Below the pieces are notes generated by a model, which was given only the letters and a program-made list of their open reading frames with translations, had not been told where the DNA came from and made no database searches. Below are positions 1-13,600 of a stretch of DNA of 64,000 nt, one piece after another. Location of the stretch: the NCBI GenBank assembly GCA_040954595.2, contig CM082582.2:3828303-3892302 (forward strand), read 5' to 3'. Positions within the stretch are counted from its first letter, which is position 1; every line of letters begins with the position of its first letter. The translations under genes and the position numbers were made by a program. The DNA is from Balanoglossus misakiensis (taxonomy: Eukaryota; Animalia; Hemichordata).

Positions 1-63
1 GAGGATGAAAATGTTTTTCCCCAAAAGTTGATATTGTGTGGGGAGTTGACGTAGTGGACTGAT

Positions 64-278
64 TACTGTAAAACACTTTATTTTCGCGAGTTGAAATTTT
101 CGCGATTTCAAGTCAAGAGAGGCCACTGTTTTGCGAGTATTAATTTTCGCATTCTCTTATTTCATTCACTGCATCATTATCTTAAAAAAAATTTATGTGA
201 CTTTTATTTTCACACTATTTGGGCTCTCGCATATTTCGAGAAAATTTATTGCTCACCAAAATAAAGTGTTTTACAGTA
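64..278. mobile_element. ~211-bp MITE, Tc1/mariner-type (TA-flanked) non-autonomous DNA transposon
   Basis: TA + CTGTAAAACACTTTATTTTcGcGAG (66-90) and its inverted copy at 252-276 + TA: 19 bp perfect, 23/25 overall. Internal TTTTCGC(G) repeats, no ORF. Superfamily inferred from the TA flanks. Confidence 0.85.
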
Positions 279-620
279 TTTGACAGTTGGTATTGAGTTT
301 AGTTGTCTTCACACCAGTACTAGCAACCCTTCTGTCCAACCTAAGTAGGGTCACTTTTGTAAATTTTACTCAAAATATTGAATTTACATCCATAAATTTA
401 GACATAGGACAGGAGACAGAAGATGACTCAAATACAGTATTATGATTGTCACAGATTTCAGAAACCTATCAGGATTTTTTATATAAAATAAAATGATGAC
501 TAAAATTAGATTTTAATATTTGACTGTCGTGGTGTCATGACACAGTACATTGAGTGCATAGTATACTGTTGTACAAAAAAACAGAGAGAAGTGAAGTATC
601 TTTTGAGAAAAAAACCAGAC

Positions 621-702
621 AAACCCTTTCACCACCATGTTTTGTTCCTAATTCATTCTTTTAAGTTGGACCTTTACAAGAGAACTGGGGTGAAAGAGTT
701 TG
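621..702. mobile_element. Short dispersed MITE, copy 1 (piggyBac-like termini)
   Basis: AACCCTTTCACC...GGTGAAAGAGTT terminal inverted repeat; internal sequence alignable by eye to the copies at 4109 and 7537. Confidence 0.65.
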
Positions 703-1834
703 AGCAACTTTAAGATTTGTACACTTATAGTTATATTTTTATGATTGATACCAAAATGTTATGTAAATATTGTCATATACATGTAATCATTCTGTGAATC
801 ATGTCATCAATGAAGGGATACTGGTTGTAGCTTTGAGAGTTTTTATCTTCCAGTTTCGAGATACATGTACATGTGCATATGTACCGGTATCAACTAAATT
901 TTCTCCCCAAAGTAGTCAACTGTATACGTGTTATGGGAAATGTTATTGTTGACAATTGAAATTCAAGTCCAGCCTTTAATTCCATTGTTACCAATAAGAA
1001 TGGTTGTGGTAATCACAGAATCTTTGTTGGCACACCAAATTTGTGGTCTGTCGCCATGCTTTATGCATCTGAACAGTAAATGAAGTTGACACACACGCCA
1101 TAAAGTTATCAACTTATCAAAAGCTAACAGCTTCTGTCTTTCAAGGCTGACACTCATCTTATGCGCATGTACGTAATTTCGTGTGTACAAAAATTACGTC
1201 CAATCTAAATGTTCTGAAAATTGTACGGCGCATTCAAATAGTAGACTGCCTTTGCTTCCTTCCATATTTCATGGCACTGTATTAGTAGACTTTAGTTTTG
1301 TCTCTTTTAACCCAATCTGCTGTTATTTCCCGAACTCCGACACAGACTATGGTCGCCGCCATCTTGTCTGTTGTTAAGACAGCGCACTGACTGTATACAG
1401 TTTTTGTAACCAGAGTCTCTGGTTTGGCACATGTGCATAAGACAATCGTTGCCCTTTAAGCAATAAATGATAAACACTTTTACCTTCAAAGCCACTCTTT
1501 ACACAAGTTTCAGAACTCACAGCTGTGACTTATATCAGAAGATAACTTATTAGAATAAACTTCTTTACAATTTTAATTTTGGTGTTTAAATTATTACAGA
1601 TACTTTGTCATATACAATTTGTGAGATATGTAAATATTCATTTCCTTTATAAAAAAATATGGATGAAATATAATTATTCTGATTAATCAATCAAATGCGC
1701 ATTATTTTTTGTCTATTGATATCACTTTATTTGTTTCATGTCAGTGCTGTTTCGCTTTTAATTTTTAAATGTTTTTTTTTTTTGCTTTTACTAACTTATG
1801 TCAACTGACCAGTACTCGACACTCGTCGAGGATA

Positions 1835-1873
1835 TTCTGTCCCACACTCACCTGCGGCTCGTGTGGGACAGAA
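1835..1873. repeat. Perfect 13-bp inverted repeat with 13-nt loop, probably the centre of a palindromic non-autonomous element
   Basis: TTCTGTCCCACAC (1835-1847) / GTGTGGGACAGAA (1861-1873), loop TCACCTGCGGCTC, in a locally CpG-rich patch. Confidence 0.7.
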
Positions 1874-4108
1874 AATCACCAACTCGTGTGAGAAATATAA
1901 TCCCAGGTCCTTGGGAGTGTGAGATTCTATTTTATTTTAACCAACTTCAGTACTTTCAGATTGTGTATAGCATATTAGTGATAAGGTTTGGTATTGTTGT
2001 ATGTTCCAGCATCCAATGTTCACAATGTCAGTGACTATGCTTGTGAGTTGAAGGTAGACTGTGGTTATTTAAGGATTATGGGTAATCTGTTTACTTGACC
2101 AAACAATGCTCGTGTGTTACCATCTCCAACACTGTGGTCTTGGTGGTCGCTGAATTCCATTCTGTTTCTGACCTGTGTACGTATAATCACGCACACAATC
2201 TCCGTGAATATGCAGGAGTTACGCTCGAGTTAAAATACTGCATGTGGTTTCAGTGCATAAAATGCATGTTTTCTAATACTGGTGTATGTGTTCTTTAGTT
2301 TCTGAATGTAGCGTTAAAAAACAGTGACTTGCTGTTGACAAAGTGGTCTTTGTTTTGTCATGTGCTGGCTTGTACTCCCGGTCTGTGGGGTTCAACAATA
2401 TTAAGTCTCACCTACACACATGCACATACGCACACACACACAAACAAACATAGAGACAGGCAGTTGGCCAGATGAGGTCAAATGAGATAGTCTCATGAAT
2501 TGATCTGTCAGAGTTTGAGCGAATTGATCTGATGAGTTTGGATGAATTGGATTAGTATAAGAAGAACAAAGAAAACATTAGAAAGCCATTTTTTTCTCTT
2601 TTTTGTGTATTATTTTCGTTCTTTGTCCCCCGATTTGACATAAAAGCTTCCTCATGTCATCAGTGATAAGCAGAACAGACATGCCACCCACTGAAATACA
2701 TCAAGTGGTAACATATGGAATATGAAATAGCAGACACATCCAAATGTTTGAGAGTTGAACAGGCAAATATTAATTACTCTGACAATATGTAAATGAGACT
2801 TGTTCACTGAGCTGTATGTTGATTTGACGCTTTGATGTGCGTTTCATTTTATGTTCATTTTTGATGAATCTGTTTCCCTTCTGTTTTTAGATCAACTCAA
2901 TATGGATGCATCATGCAGTCCAGGCACTGTTCCTTTGTTTCTTTCACACCCATTGTCTCTTTCCACCATTATATTTTAATGGCCAGGTTTTAATTCCCGG
3001 ATTAAATATGACAAAAGCATATTGAGAAGGTTTTGCCTTGACATGCAATATGGCCGCCTATCACACACTCTTTACATCAGTAATTTTTTGTATCAAATCA
3101 AAAAGACAAATTTAGCTGTAGCAAATATGTGTAAACTATGTGATAAAAAGGAAATTTATTTCATTTAGGAAACTGAAATATGTCACTGAATGCTGAAACA
3201 TAAAAACTTATTGATCGAAAACTTGGGAATAGGGATGTATTAAAGATTTCATAATCTTTCAGTTGTAGACAACTGCAGGCTGAGTAATAGTATTACAGAA
3301 GGTGTGTAGCCCTGAGTGAAGGTGAAACTGCTTTCAACCCCATCTATTTGCTGTGCCAAAGTGGTGTAATCAAAATCATGCATTTTGCAATAAATGTCAT
3401 TGCCATAGCAACCAAGTATCACTACGCTATGTCTAATTGGAAAGGTAATTTTTTTTTCATGCTTTTGATAATTTGAAGCCCGGAAGTCAGAAGACCAGGT
3501 ATTCGTTTCCATACCTTTCTGAAGAAATGCAGAATTATTACTAGCAGAGACAGCAATTTGAAAATTAACTAAACGGAGGGAGAAAAAAAAACTTTTTAAA
3601 GAGTTGTGCAGGCATGGAAGACGTGGTGCTATCGGCTATTAACAATATAAAGAAGGACAATTTCCTCCTCAAGATGGGTACATAGCAAATACAGTAAGAG
3701 TCGTGCTTTTAATGACCTTCTTACACTAATTACCATGCTGAGAAGGGTTGGGTATTGGAAATGAAGGCTACCTGCCCAAAGGCATAGTGTATTTAGAGAA
3801 TATTCATAACAGTCATCTGTTTGCTTACCTTGTGATCACATTTCTCATCTTGGGAGTTCGTTAAAAGTTGGATAGTTTGCCTTGTTTTGTTATAAAGGTA
3901 TTTGGAGCTTGCTGTAGTCATTTCAGTTAAAGACAACCAGCAAAACTTGTTGGTTTCTTAGATTGGTCAATTTCTTTTTCAAAATCAGTGTTTATGTGCC
4001 CAGCCAACAAAATCACTTCGCTGACTGTTTTTTTTATGCTTCTTGAAAAGATCTAGCACTCAGTGATTGTGATCATATGATAAAATGTGGAAATAGTTTT
4101 TTTATTTT

Positions 4109-4191
4109 TTAACCCTTTCACCATCATGGTTCTATCCAAATCAATTGTTTTCTGCGGTAGACCTCGAAAGAGGGAACTTGGGCTGAATTAA
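4109..4191. mobile_element. Short dispersed MITE, copy 2 (right end decayed)
   Basis: TTAA-CCCTTTCACCATCATGG left end; shares ATTGTTTTCTRCGGTA and AGAGGGAA with the copy at 7537. Confidence 0.6.
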
Positions 4192-4423
4192 ACTTTCTAA
4201 GAAATCGTCAACCCAGCAGATAAACAAATAAACCTGAGCTAGGCCGAGGTTTATGATAAAATTTGAGATCGTAACCCTATCAAATAGAACTTATATACTT
4301 CCCTTGAAAAACACAGGGAAGAAACAGATGACCGTAAACTGTTATGAAGCTGTTACATCTATAACTTCTTGCCTGTCAGATTCAATAGGGTTATGATCCC
4401 TGCATGCCTACAAGCCCTGCATG

Positions 4424-4523
4424 CAAACCCTTTGCAGGCTGACACGCCCTACAAACCCTTTGCAGGCTGACACGCCCTGCACACCCTTTGCAGGCTGACA
4501 CGCCTGCAAACCCTTTGCGGGCT
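4424..4523. repeat. Tandem minisatellite, 28-bp unit, about 3.6 copies
   Basis: Unit CAAACCCTTTGCAGGCTGACACGCCCTR starting at 4424, 4452, 4480 and 4507. Confidence 0.92.
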
Positions 4524-7500
4524 ATTAAACACGCCTCATAAACCATCGAAGTGATATGGTATCTCAGGTCATAGACATCCCTTTAACTTTAATGGAACAG
4601 TCCAATGGTCAACCAGGTTTATTGGACACAGTTCCACCCCGAGGGGTGCTCTGTCTGCATGCATGGCTTCCAAGAAATTTTTGGACATTGAGCCAGTGTA
4701 CAATGACCAACTATATCCAGGCTGAGACGAATATAGTAAGGTATACTATACTAATCCCAGATCCAGGGGAGCACACTCCAATAAGTTGGTAAATCCTGAA
4801 GTACTGGTCCAACTGTTCACAACTACTCTAGGGACACACTCCTATATTATGGCGTACTAAAACAGCACATGGCAAACCATAGCATGTTCTGTCATAAGGT
4901 GGGGGGGCACTCCTATTTTTAAAAGGGCCTGCAGTGGGATGATGATAGTCTACCATATTGCCAGGGGGAGTGCCCTCGTAATGTAGTAGAATCACAGAAA
5001 TAAAGCAAAGAATTGGCAATGTTTGTATCAAGTCTATTTGCAGTATGTGATTTTTTTACAAAATAAGACAAAAATTATACACAACAGTGCTACATCCCTA
5101 CATTTGACAAAACAACTTTGCAAATTTCTTATTTCATTTTTTAGTCATGAAAATGTCTTTGTATTGTTGAAGTTTTGTTTGCTTTTTCATACATCATATG
5201 ATTTAGTTGGCAAATATATTTTGTATACATGTGGACTATTACAGTGCCATAAACTTAAATTTAGCCGGTTGAAGTTCAAAAGAAAGTGATGGAATCTTAC
5301 GTGTTTTAGTAGGAAGAGATGACAGAGGGTGTTTCTTTTTTGGGGGAAAGTAGTGAGTTAGGAAGTCTGATTTTGAAGATTTGTTCTCAGATGTAGAATA
5401 ATTTCATAACTATTGTCAAAGTTATCTGTTTGTTTCATTTATATTCTCCAAAAAAAGGAATATGATTATTCTTGGATTATATACACAAGTAGACTGCTAC
5501 TGAAAACTTGACAAAAATAGCTTGTTTGTCAACCTTATGTGTCTCGCCTTTCCCAGATATTTAATATTGATTATCTGAGAGAAAATTGAGAATGTCATCA
5601 GAAGGCAGAAAATTGATACGGATGTCATCAAAGATTGATGCAAACTTAATCTGTGTACATCTTGATATTCTATATGAATCAAGGGAAATTTTCAACAACA
5701 AAGAAAAAAGATCTTGGGCAGTTCCTTCCCAGGTCGACCTCAACTGAGACCAACTAAATGAATAAGGTAGTTGTTTTGCAGCAGTGGGGGCCATTAAGTA
5801 AGCTGATTTTCCTGCAAACATGTATCAAATTACCAGCTTATGAAATTTTACTTTGAAAAAAATTAATTATAAATTTATGAAGCCTATATCCTTATTTATC
5901 CCTGAGACAATTGAGTTGTAGCATCCTTTAAATATTTAAAGAGAACTTCCCTGATTTATGTGTGCACAAGAGTAAGGGTAATTACAAAAATACATGACTG
6001 AGTGCTTTCATTGAGAGCGATGGTTGCAAGTCGGCGCAAAATGTGAAATTTAATGAAAGGGAAATAAGTCTGCTCTTGGGGCGAGCAACGATGTAATGAA
6101 CAAGAGTGTTTGTCTATTTTTGATGTCAGTTTCAGTGATAATGCAATTGTGTGGGTGTCATCTAGAGCAATTTTTTTTTTCAAACATAACAGGTAATGGT
6201 AACAATGCGTTAATATGTATGACGTCAATATAAGTGTGATTCGAATGTTGTATTATGCGTGTCCTGTTGGGTTCATGTCTTAAATTGTTCACAAATCCAG
6301 CAATTACAGGTGAACTTGTGTCTTTAAATGTTAAAGTTGGTGGTTTTCAGTCAGATAATGTGAAAGGTTGGTGATTCTCTGAGGTGATCACACAATCATT
6401 TGACAAGATGGATACTATGGATATGTCGCATTATATTAACAATAAAAAGTTTGTTCATACTTTGGAACAGCCGACTAGAATTGAAATGTGGAATTAATAC
6501 ACATGTTCAAATTTAATAGCCACCTCTGTACATTTGCTGTCTAAACTGTCTGGTTGAGTTCAAAAGTTAGATTCAAGTTTCTAGCATCTCTGAACTTAAT
6601 TGAAATATGCGAGTGAAAAAGAAAATTCTTAAGAATGATGTTTACATACATTGCTGCCCCACAGTTATGTATGTTTGGGTATATTGTGGTGCAGTGAAAA
6701 ATCAGTTATACTTCAAGAAATACATTTTCAGAATATTAAAAATATGCATCATTTTATGATTACACTGTTAAGTTTGTGTTTGTTATGTATTGATATGCAT
6801 TTCATGGAGGCTACAGAAATTTACAGCAGTCTACTTCTTTGATATCAGAGGATCCCTTGGTCTCTTGTATCGGTGATATCTGTCTCAGACTGCATCATTA
6901 CTGATATCATCTCAAATAAGACATATATCAATCTTTGGTGGAAATCCCACCCATGGTTTATGTTGAATCCATTTAGCCAACAAAATATTCTTATGAGCAT
7001 ATAGCAATGCAGATACCCTGTCAACTCACTTGTGTCTGTTCGTTTCCTAATTAGTGTCAATTTCAGTGAAACGTAACAAATCCACTGAAAATGGAGACAT
7101 AAAAACATACAGTGAGTTTTCCCCCTAGTTATTATTATAATTGTTATTTGATGAGATTAATGGTGTCTGTTTCAGTTTTACAGATATGTCAGAGTTTGCA
7201 GATATCTTCCAACCTGATCAGAATCATCCCTTCCCTGAGCACAAATTTTGAAGTGTGATCACTTTCTGACTGTACAATCAGTTTTTATGACAACAGCCAA
7301 TCAGAGTTAAGCAACTTTCTGATTATGCGTGGAACAGTTTACATGCAAATTCCATGACAAGTAACAGCCAACCGCAATCATCACGTGTGTCACATTATGT
7401 AGGTGACAGTTCATCGTAAATAGCATGACACCAGTACCAATCAGATTTTGAAACAGTTGAAGTTATCACAAAACACTGTGATTTAATATTGTAATTTGCC

Positions 7501-7536
7501 ACCATGACTGGTGTGTCACTACGCTGTAGCTCGGCC

Positions 7537-7627
7537 TTCACCCTGACCACCATACTTGGGTTCGAATCCATTGTTTTCTACGGTAATTCTGGACTTCTTC
7601 AGAGGGAAATAATGGTGAAAGGGTTAA
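7537..7627. mobile_element. Short dispersed MITE, copy 3 (left end decayed)
   Basis: Right end TGGTGAAAGGG-TTAA is the exact reverse complement of the copy-2 left end TTAA-CCCTTTCACCA. TTAA flanks with CCC/GGG termini are piggyBac-like. Confidence 0.65.
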
Positions 7628-10600
7628 TAATGTTACATTGATGGTGTGTTTTAAGTGACATCAACTAATATTAGTGTCTACATAGGTTTGTCATTCATTA
7701 AGGCTGTCCACAAGTTGGTCACATTCAAGTTGGTTGCGGCTAAACCTCGGCGACCTAAAAGGACATTGTTTGAGAGTGACAGACCAACTGTCACTGGAGT
7801 GATGATTTATGTACAAACAAACACTTCACTGATTGTGATATAGATTACACCTATTAGATGCAGCTAATCAATGTGACCTGGTGTACGTGTCAATACTAGT
7901 TTGATGTCACATTTCACACCGATCCATCAAGCAAACCAACATCTGGCATTTTTCTAAAATTCTACCCCAGTTTAGAATTTTACTGTTTGTTTTGGCTGAG
8001 TGCTTAGATGTCAGCCTTATTGCACTATTCATATCTTATTGCCTGACCATCAGGGGGTGGTGTCAACTTGTTGAAATAAAATTTCACAAAACATAGATAT
8101 GAATCATGATCCTAAAATAAAGCTGTTTTTTTTTTCTCTTTCAAACACAAACGATGCGATTTGTATAATTTTTAAATTATTTGTATAATTTTGAAATAAT
8201 TTGTTATGAAGTCATTCAAAGAAAACAGAATATAAAGTATATTACATTGTCTAAATTTAGAAGATCACCACAATTAATTTAGATCTGGTGACATTTTCCC
8301 ACATGTAAGAAATTCAACTCCGGCACACGTTCTGTAGAAGACAGTACAACAGAGGAAAGTTTACCCAGAGATAATTTGACAAAAGTTTCATGAAATGTTA
8401 TCTGTGCAAATTAGTGAAATGTGCAATTGATGGCAACGACTGCTGGGTTACCAGATGAGAAGGGAAAAGATGCAGTACTCAGTCGAACACACATGTAAAT
8501 TGTGTGTTCATCCAAACGCTTTACCCCAGCATGTGTCAGCAAATTGCATCAGATGACTGACAAGCCTTCTGTTTACTTTCAGTTGCTATTTTTTGCACTA
8601 GCTGCGACTTCTGGAGTGAAAAAACAATATTTGTTTCATTTTCTCTCCCTTGATGTATGTTTCATGATGGTTCATATACTGTACTGTTATACCCTGTTCA
8701 TATCTTACCAAAAATTTCAGTCAAGCATATACTTGAGGTTGCTTGTAATGAACATGACACTAATACGATCTGTCACCAAATTATTAGCATCCCATGATGC
8801 TTTGTACTTACATGCAGCATAAATGGGCTAATAAGAACAGCAGCGCAAACATTTTTCGCCGTGTATACCGGGCCGAGGGAAATGACAAAGATCATGACCT
8901 ATACTTCTTCAACGAAGCTTGCCTAATATGCTTGGCTGTCGACTGATTCTATTTGCCAGTTTTTCAAACACGGAATTTACAACTTCTAAACTCATTACAG
9001 TAATTTGGTTGTACCTCTAACTCGATTTTTCATCCTATACTGTACGACCTTTAACCTCAATATCACAAATCATATCTCCATTAAAATCAATAGGTAATTA
9101 TGTGCAAATTTCACAACCATCCAAATTTTTTGTTTTTAAAAAAAACTGGAAATAAAATTGAATGTGCACATTTTGGTGTCTGATTTCAGGAATAACCATG
9201 TTTTATTTTGTTTATTCCTGCTACCAAAATGGGAAGATTTTAGCATTCCGTATTCCAAGAATATGACAAATCTTCTTTCATCTATGACAAGACCAAGTCC
9301 TTTTCTTTAGATGTCAGTTTGGTTAATGTAGTGTCTTGCAACTAGAAATTTAGGTGAGTAGTCTTCTGTAGCTTTTTCAACCTTGCATGGGGGTACATCA
9401 ATTATAACAGGTACATACTATTGGTTGATAGAGTGACACATTCTATAAACTATCTTGCTGTTTATATATCATACAACTTTAAACAGCAGATAATATAACG
9501 AACAATTACAAAGTCTCTTAAGATTTGGTTTATGCAAAATTGTTGTTTCTACAAAGTTCAAATAATAAAGTGAACTTATTAAAACTGCTAAAAACTGTCA
9601 GCTTTAACATATTTCAAATAAATTGATTAAACATAGACATCTTGTCTTTGACATTGTATGCAAATTTATTTATGTAAATATTTGGCAAAACACACTTTTA
9701 AAAAATAGCTAGGTTTTGAAAACATTTTGCAAACTGCACTTTTTAGACAGTGGTTAAATGAATGATTATTGCACAATGATAACACATTTCATTCCCAAAT
9801 ACTGTTTACCAAGAATTTGGAATCCTCCATTTACAAAAAGATTATTAAGAAAATTTTGAGCTTATTCAAGTATTCAAGAGGTTTCTAAAATTAAGAAATC
9901 TGAATTCATATCAGGAAGGAACACTAACCTGTATCAATAAAGAAGTCAACAATGACTAAAGTGCAAAAAAAGAAAGAGTTTAAAAAACAATCAATAGGTT
10001 TAGTTCTGTACTTGTTGCTTTTCAGTCAGAACCAAATAAAATATAGCTAATTAATATATGTATTTCATATAATTTATTTTCATGCGCATGGTCCAAAAAG
10101 GGACCATATTCTATAGCATTCACCCCATCAGAAACTATAAAATACACAATTTCAGGAATTGCCAATTGTTGCTATGCTTACATATTCAGCCTGTGAGATG
10201 ATTTTTGTTAAATTTCCATTTTAATGTTTTTATCAATTTAATTTTACCAACCTTTTGTTTTTTCTATAACTTGTCAACACATTTGACGCATAAAATCCCA
10301 AACAATTGAGTTGTTGTACAAATTTGAACATTAAACAAGAATTGAAACAGAAATGCATAAATGTGTTGATACTTCTATTCAGGTCTATGATTGTACATAT
10401 TATCGGATGTGGTACTATACTGGTCTATAGTTGCTTATCAATATTATGCCCTAGTATATACTGTTTATAGTCTATTAATTCTACTTTTATATGACTTAAT
10501 CTAGAGATACTATTCTATTATGTTGGTATTATGCTGATCTATACAAGTACATATCACTATATCAGTCTGTCTACAGTATGTGATATATACTAATCTATGT

Positions 10601-13600
10601 TGTTATATTACACTATTCTACACTATGTGTTTAAGACTACAAATTATACTCATGATAATATGCTGTTGTACACTGCAAAAACATACTATTCTGTATCAGT
10701 ATGTTCGGATGACATTAGACATATTTTGGAAACATAATATTTAAACTGGTATATTTGTTTGTTCACACAAGTACATATAGATGCACACACAATGAAATGT
10801 TACATTTCATGTCTCCACTTGCAAAACTATAGTTCCAACATATATCTTTTTTACCAGGGGACGTTTCACATATTTTTTTATTGCAAAATAGGGAATCAAG
10901 TATGTCTATTCTAAAAAAGATACGGAAAATTGTTGAAATTGGTGCCAACTTTTCATGAATTCTCTGAAAATTATTGAATCCAAATAAAATGGTTGAGTCA
11001 AAGGATGTGAAATACACACAGCACTGCCAGTATTTTTGTGACCTTTCCATAAATATACTCGTCACTTCTTTGTCTCTATTTGCCGACCAGCTGGATGATC
11101 CAAACATGGCTCATCAATTTAGAGTTACGATGATAATATTTCATCGCAAAATTATTTCCATTTTGAAAACTCAGCTGGGGATTTGGGACATTGTCCAAAA
11201 TATTCACCAATTCTATACTTTTTTTCACACTACATATTTCTGTTTGTAATTTAATTTTAATTTCGTTTTGTGGGCGCAATGCACCAACAGCAATGTATAG
11301 AGCGATATATATGTGTTTCAGGTTTATTTTGCTTTTCTATGATTACGAGTCTCAAAGCAAGTTCATACATGTAATCAATTTTAAAACAAAAATTAAACTC
11401 ACCAAAGATGAGAATATGGAGATGTATACGTGCAGAAATACAAAATTAGAATTGCATGTATTTTCTGTTGTGCACCGGATAAGCAAGTCAGAACAAAATT
11501 ACAATCAGCGATCAAAATAGGTGGACAAACAACATGTTTTGGCAAATATAGCAGAAATCACTACTCATGTTATAGATTGAACACATTAATAATCTGAAGT
11601 AACCAAAGTTTGGCAAAAAAGTACAAGTTTCATTTACTCAAATCTCCATAGCTTTAATTTGTGCACCGAGCACCCTGACAGTCCAAAATCTCTCAAGATT
11701 TGGTTTTCCACTGTTTTTTCCTTGTCAAATAATATCAAACAGATTAATTATTCAGCTAGAAAATATGTCACTTTGAATCCTATCGAGAATAAAATCCTTC
11801 CAGGAAATATTTCTTTAGCAAAGTATTTGATGCATTAGAAGAATTCTTACTACTGAAGTTTGTTGATGCTAGTACAACATCGTTTACACTGTCATTAGCA
11901 ATTGTACAACATCATTCCCTTTTAGTAGAGCTTACGATTCCATCAGATCTATTGGAAAAAAAGATAAACTCATCGGTATTGATGTACAAAATCTGTTTTA
12001 ATTTGTCGATTCTGAGGGAACTTAAATCACTCTGATTCAGACAACAATAAAATCTGTTTTTGTTACAACATCAGAAAATATTCCTGGGACAGCTATTAGA
12101 CAGAGGCTTAATACAGTACGATAGCATAATTCTTCTGCCATCTGATATGTTGCAGAAATGAAAAAAACTTGGCTGCAAAACTGACATGTTTTGAAGAAAA
12201 AAAAGGTGAAACCATTTAGAGGCGAGGAGTCGATCAGTTCAAACAGAGAGTCCCTCATTAAAAGCTATCCACTTTCAGATTCCACCAAAAGCTGCTTATG
12301 CTTCTTAAACGGTGAGGTGACGAGTGCCTCCAATGCAGAAAGTGACAGGGCCAGCTCCCCTTTCTGACGTGCTTCTTCTGTTGCACGATTACTAATACCA
12401 GAACGTAAATGAAAGTGGGAATAATCCGGGCCCAGTAATTAGGAACACTCACCAATTTTTCCGCAACTGGAAAATACATTTTGGGAGATTACCTCTAAGA
12501 TTAAGGATGGTATTTTGTACTCGTAATTATAGCGCTCTCATTAAAGCAAATTTGCTGGCTGTCATTTTCTACCAACTGTAAATTGATTCGGTTATCGGGG
12601 AGATGGAATTGCCACCAAAAGAAAAATCTAATCAAAGACGACGGGGAAAATATGAATTAGTGGCAGTGGCGTGCACACTGAGCCCTTTCAAACTCACAGC
12701 AAGTCGTACTGACTCCCTGCCTGTGTTTTTCCATAATGATTTGGGTTGGTTACTGGACAGGATTTGATGGCTTCCCGCTGTTACAGCCTCGCTGTTGGAC
12801 CCCTAAACAAAGGCTAATAGTAAGGGTGGGATGATAATAAGTAAGTTAACTCTCCCACATAGAAGGCTTTTCACACTTGAAAAGAACTCAGAAATCACTG
12901 ACAACCGTTGCAACTGATCTCATTTCTATTTTAGCTAATTTTCCTTTCCAGACATCAACTTCCCTTTTTGCTTTCTCTTTTTTAACTGCCTCCAATTATT
13001 TCCAAAACTGGTTTTCAGCTCTTTAAAACCGACTCAGTAATGATTGCAGGTAATTCCAGTGGTTGTCATTGACGTAAATAAATTATTTGTACTTTTCAAA
13101 ACATAGTTCGTAAAGTTTGGACATATCTTGGGGATTAATTTGCCACCATTTTGTCCTGTCATTATTGTAATTAGAGAATCCCGGCCCATCTTAACAATTA
13201 AAATGAAATCTGGACTCTTCCATTACTGGAAAAGGGGTGGAAGCCATTTACATAGAGTGAGTGCATTATTCTTTGTCAAAATAACACATTCTGAGAAAGA
13301 CAGAGTTGACTTGCAGAAAATCTGAACATCTGCCTGTCGTACAGATGACAGAAGAGCCAGTCATGAAAAACTTGAACTTTGAACCAATGTGTGACAGTAG
13401 AATGACAAGACAATTCTAAAAATCCTTATAACAAAATCAAGTGTCTATTTTTATATGTAGAGTTTTGTTTTAATGAACACTCTTTGGAATGTGTTAAGCA
13501 CATGATAATTAAATGATGTCATTTACGGAAATAAATTTTGATAAGTAATTTTTGATAAGACAATTTGTAATAAATTATTTGACATCATTAATTCACTTTC

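Noticed and set aside
4424-4523. 28-bp repeats as a possible CRISPR array
   Set aside because: Units are contiguous with no unique spacers; eukaryotic context and no cas genes.
5550-7250. Acceptor-like sites on + (about 5557 and 7183) followed by short open frames such as MSEFADIFQPDQNHPFPEHKF*
   Set aside because: No matching donors or recognisable homology, so no gene model could be built; RNA-seq would be needed to exclude small exons.
7522-7570. tRNA/SINE-like motifs (TGTAGCTCGG...GGGTTCGAATCC)
   Set aside because: No cloverleaf can be formed, and the B-box-like string lies inside MITE copy 3 and is not retained in the other copies.
10745-11660. Possible decayed DNA-transposon remnant with weak long inverted similarity
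   Set aside because: Only short imperfect matches (e.g. TGTTTGTTCAC / GTGGACAAACA); no defined termini or target-site duplication.
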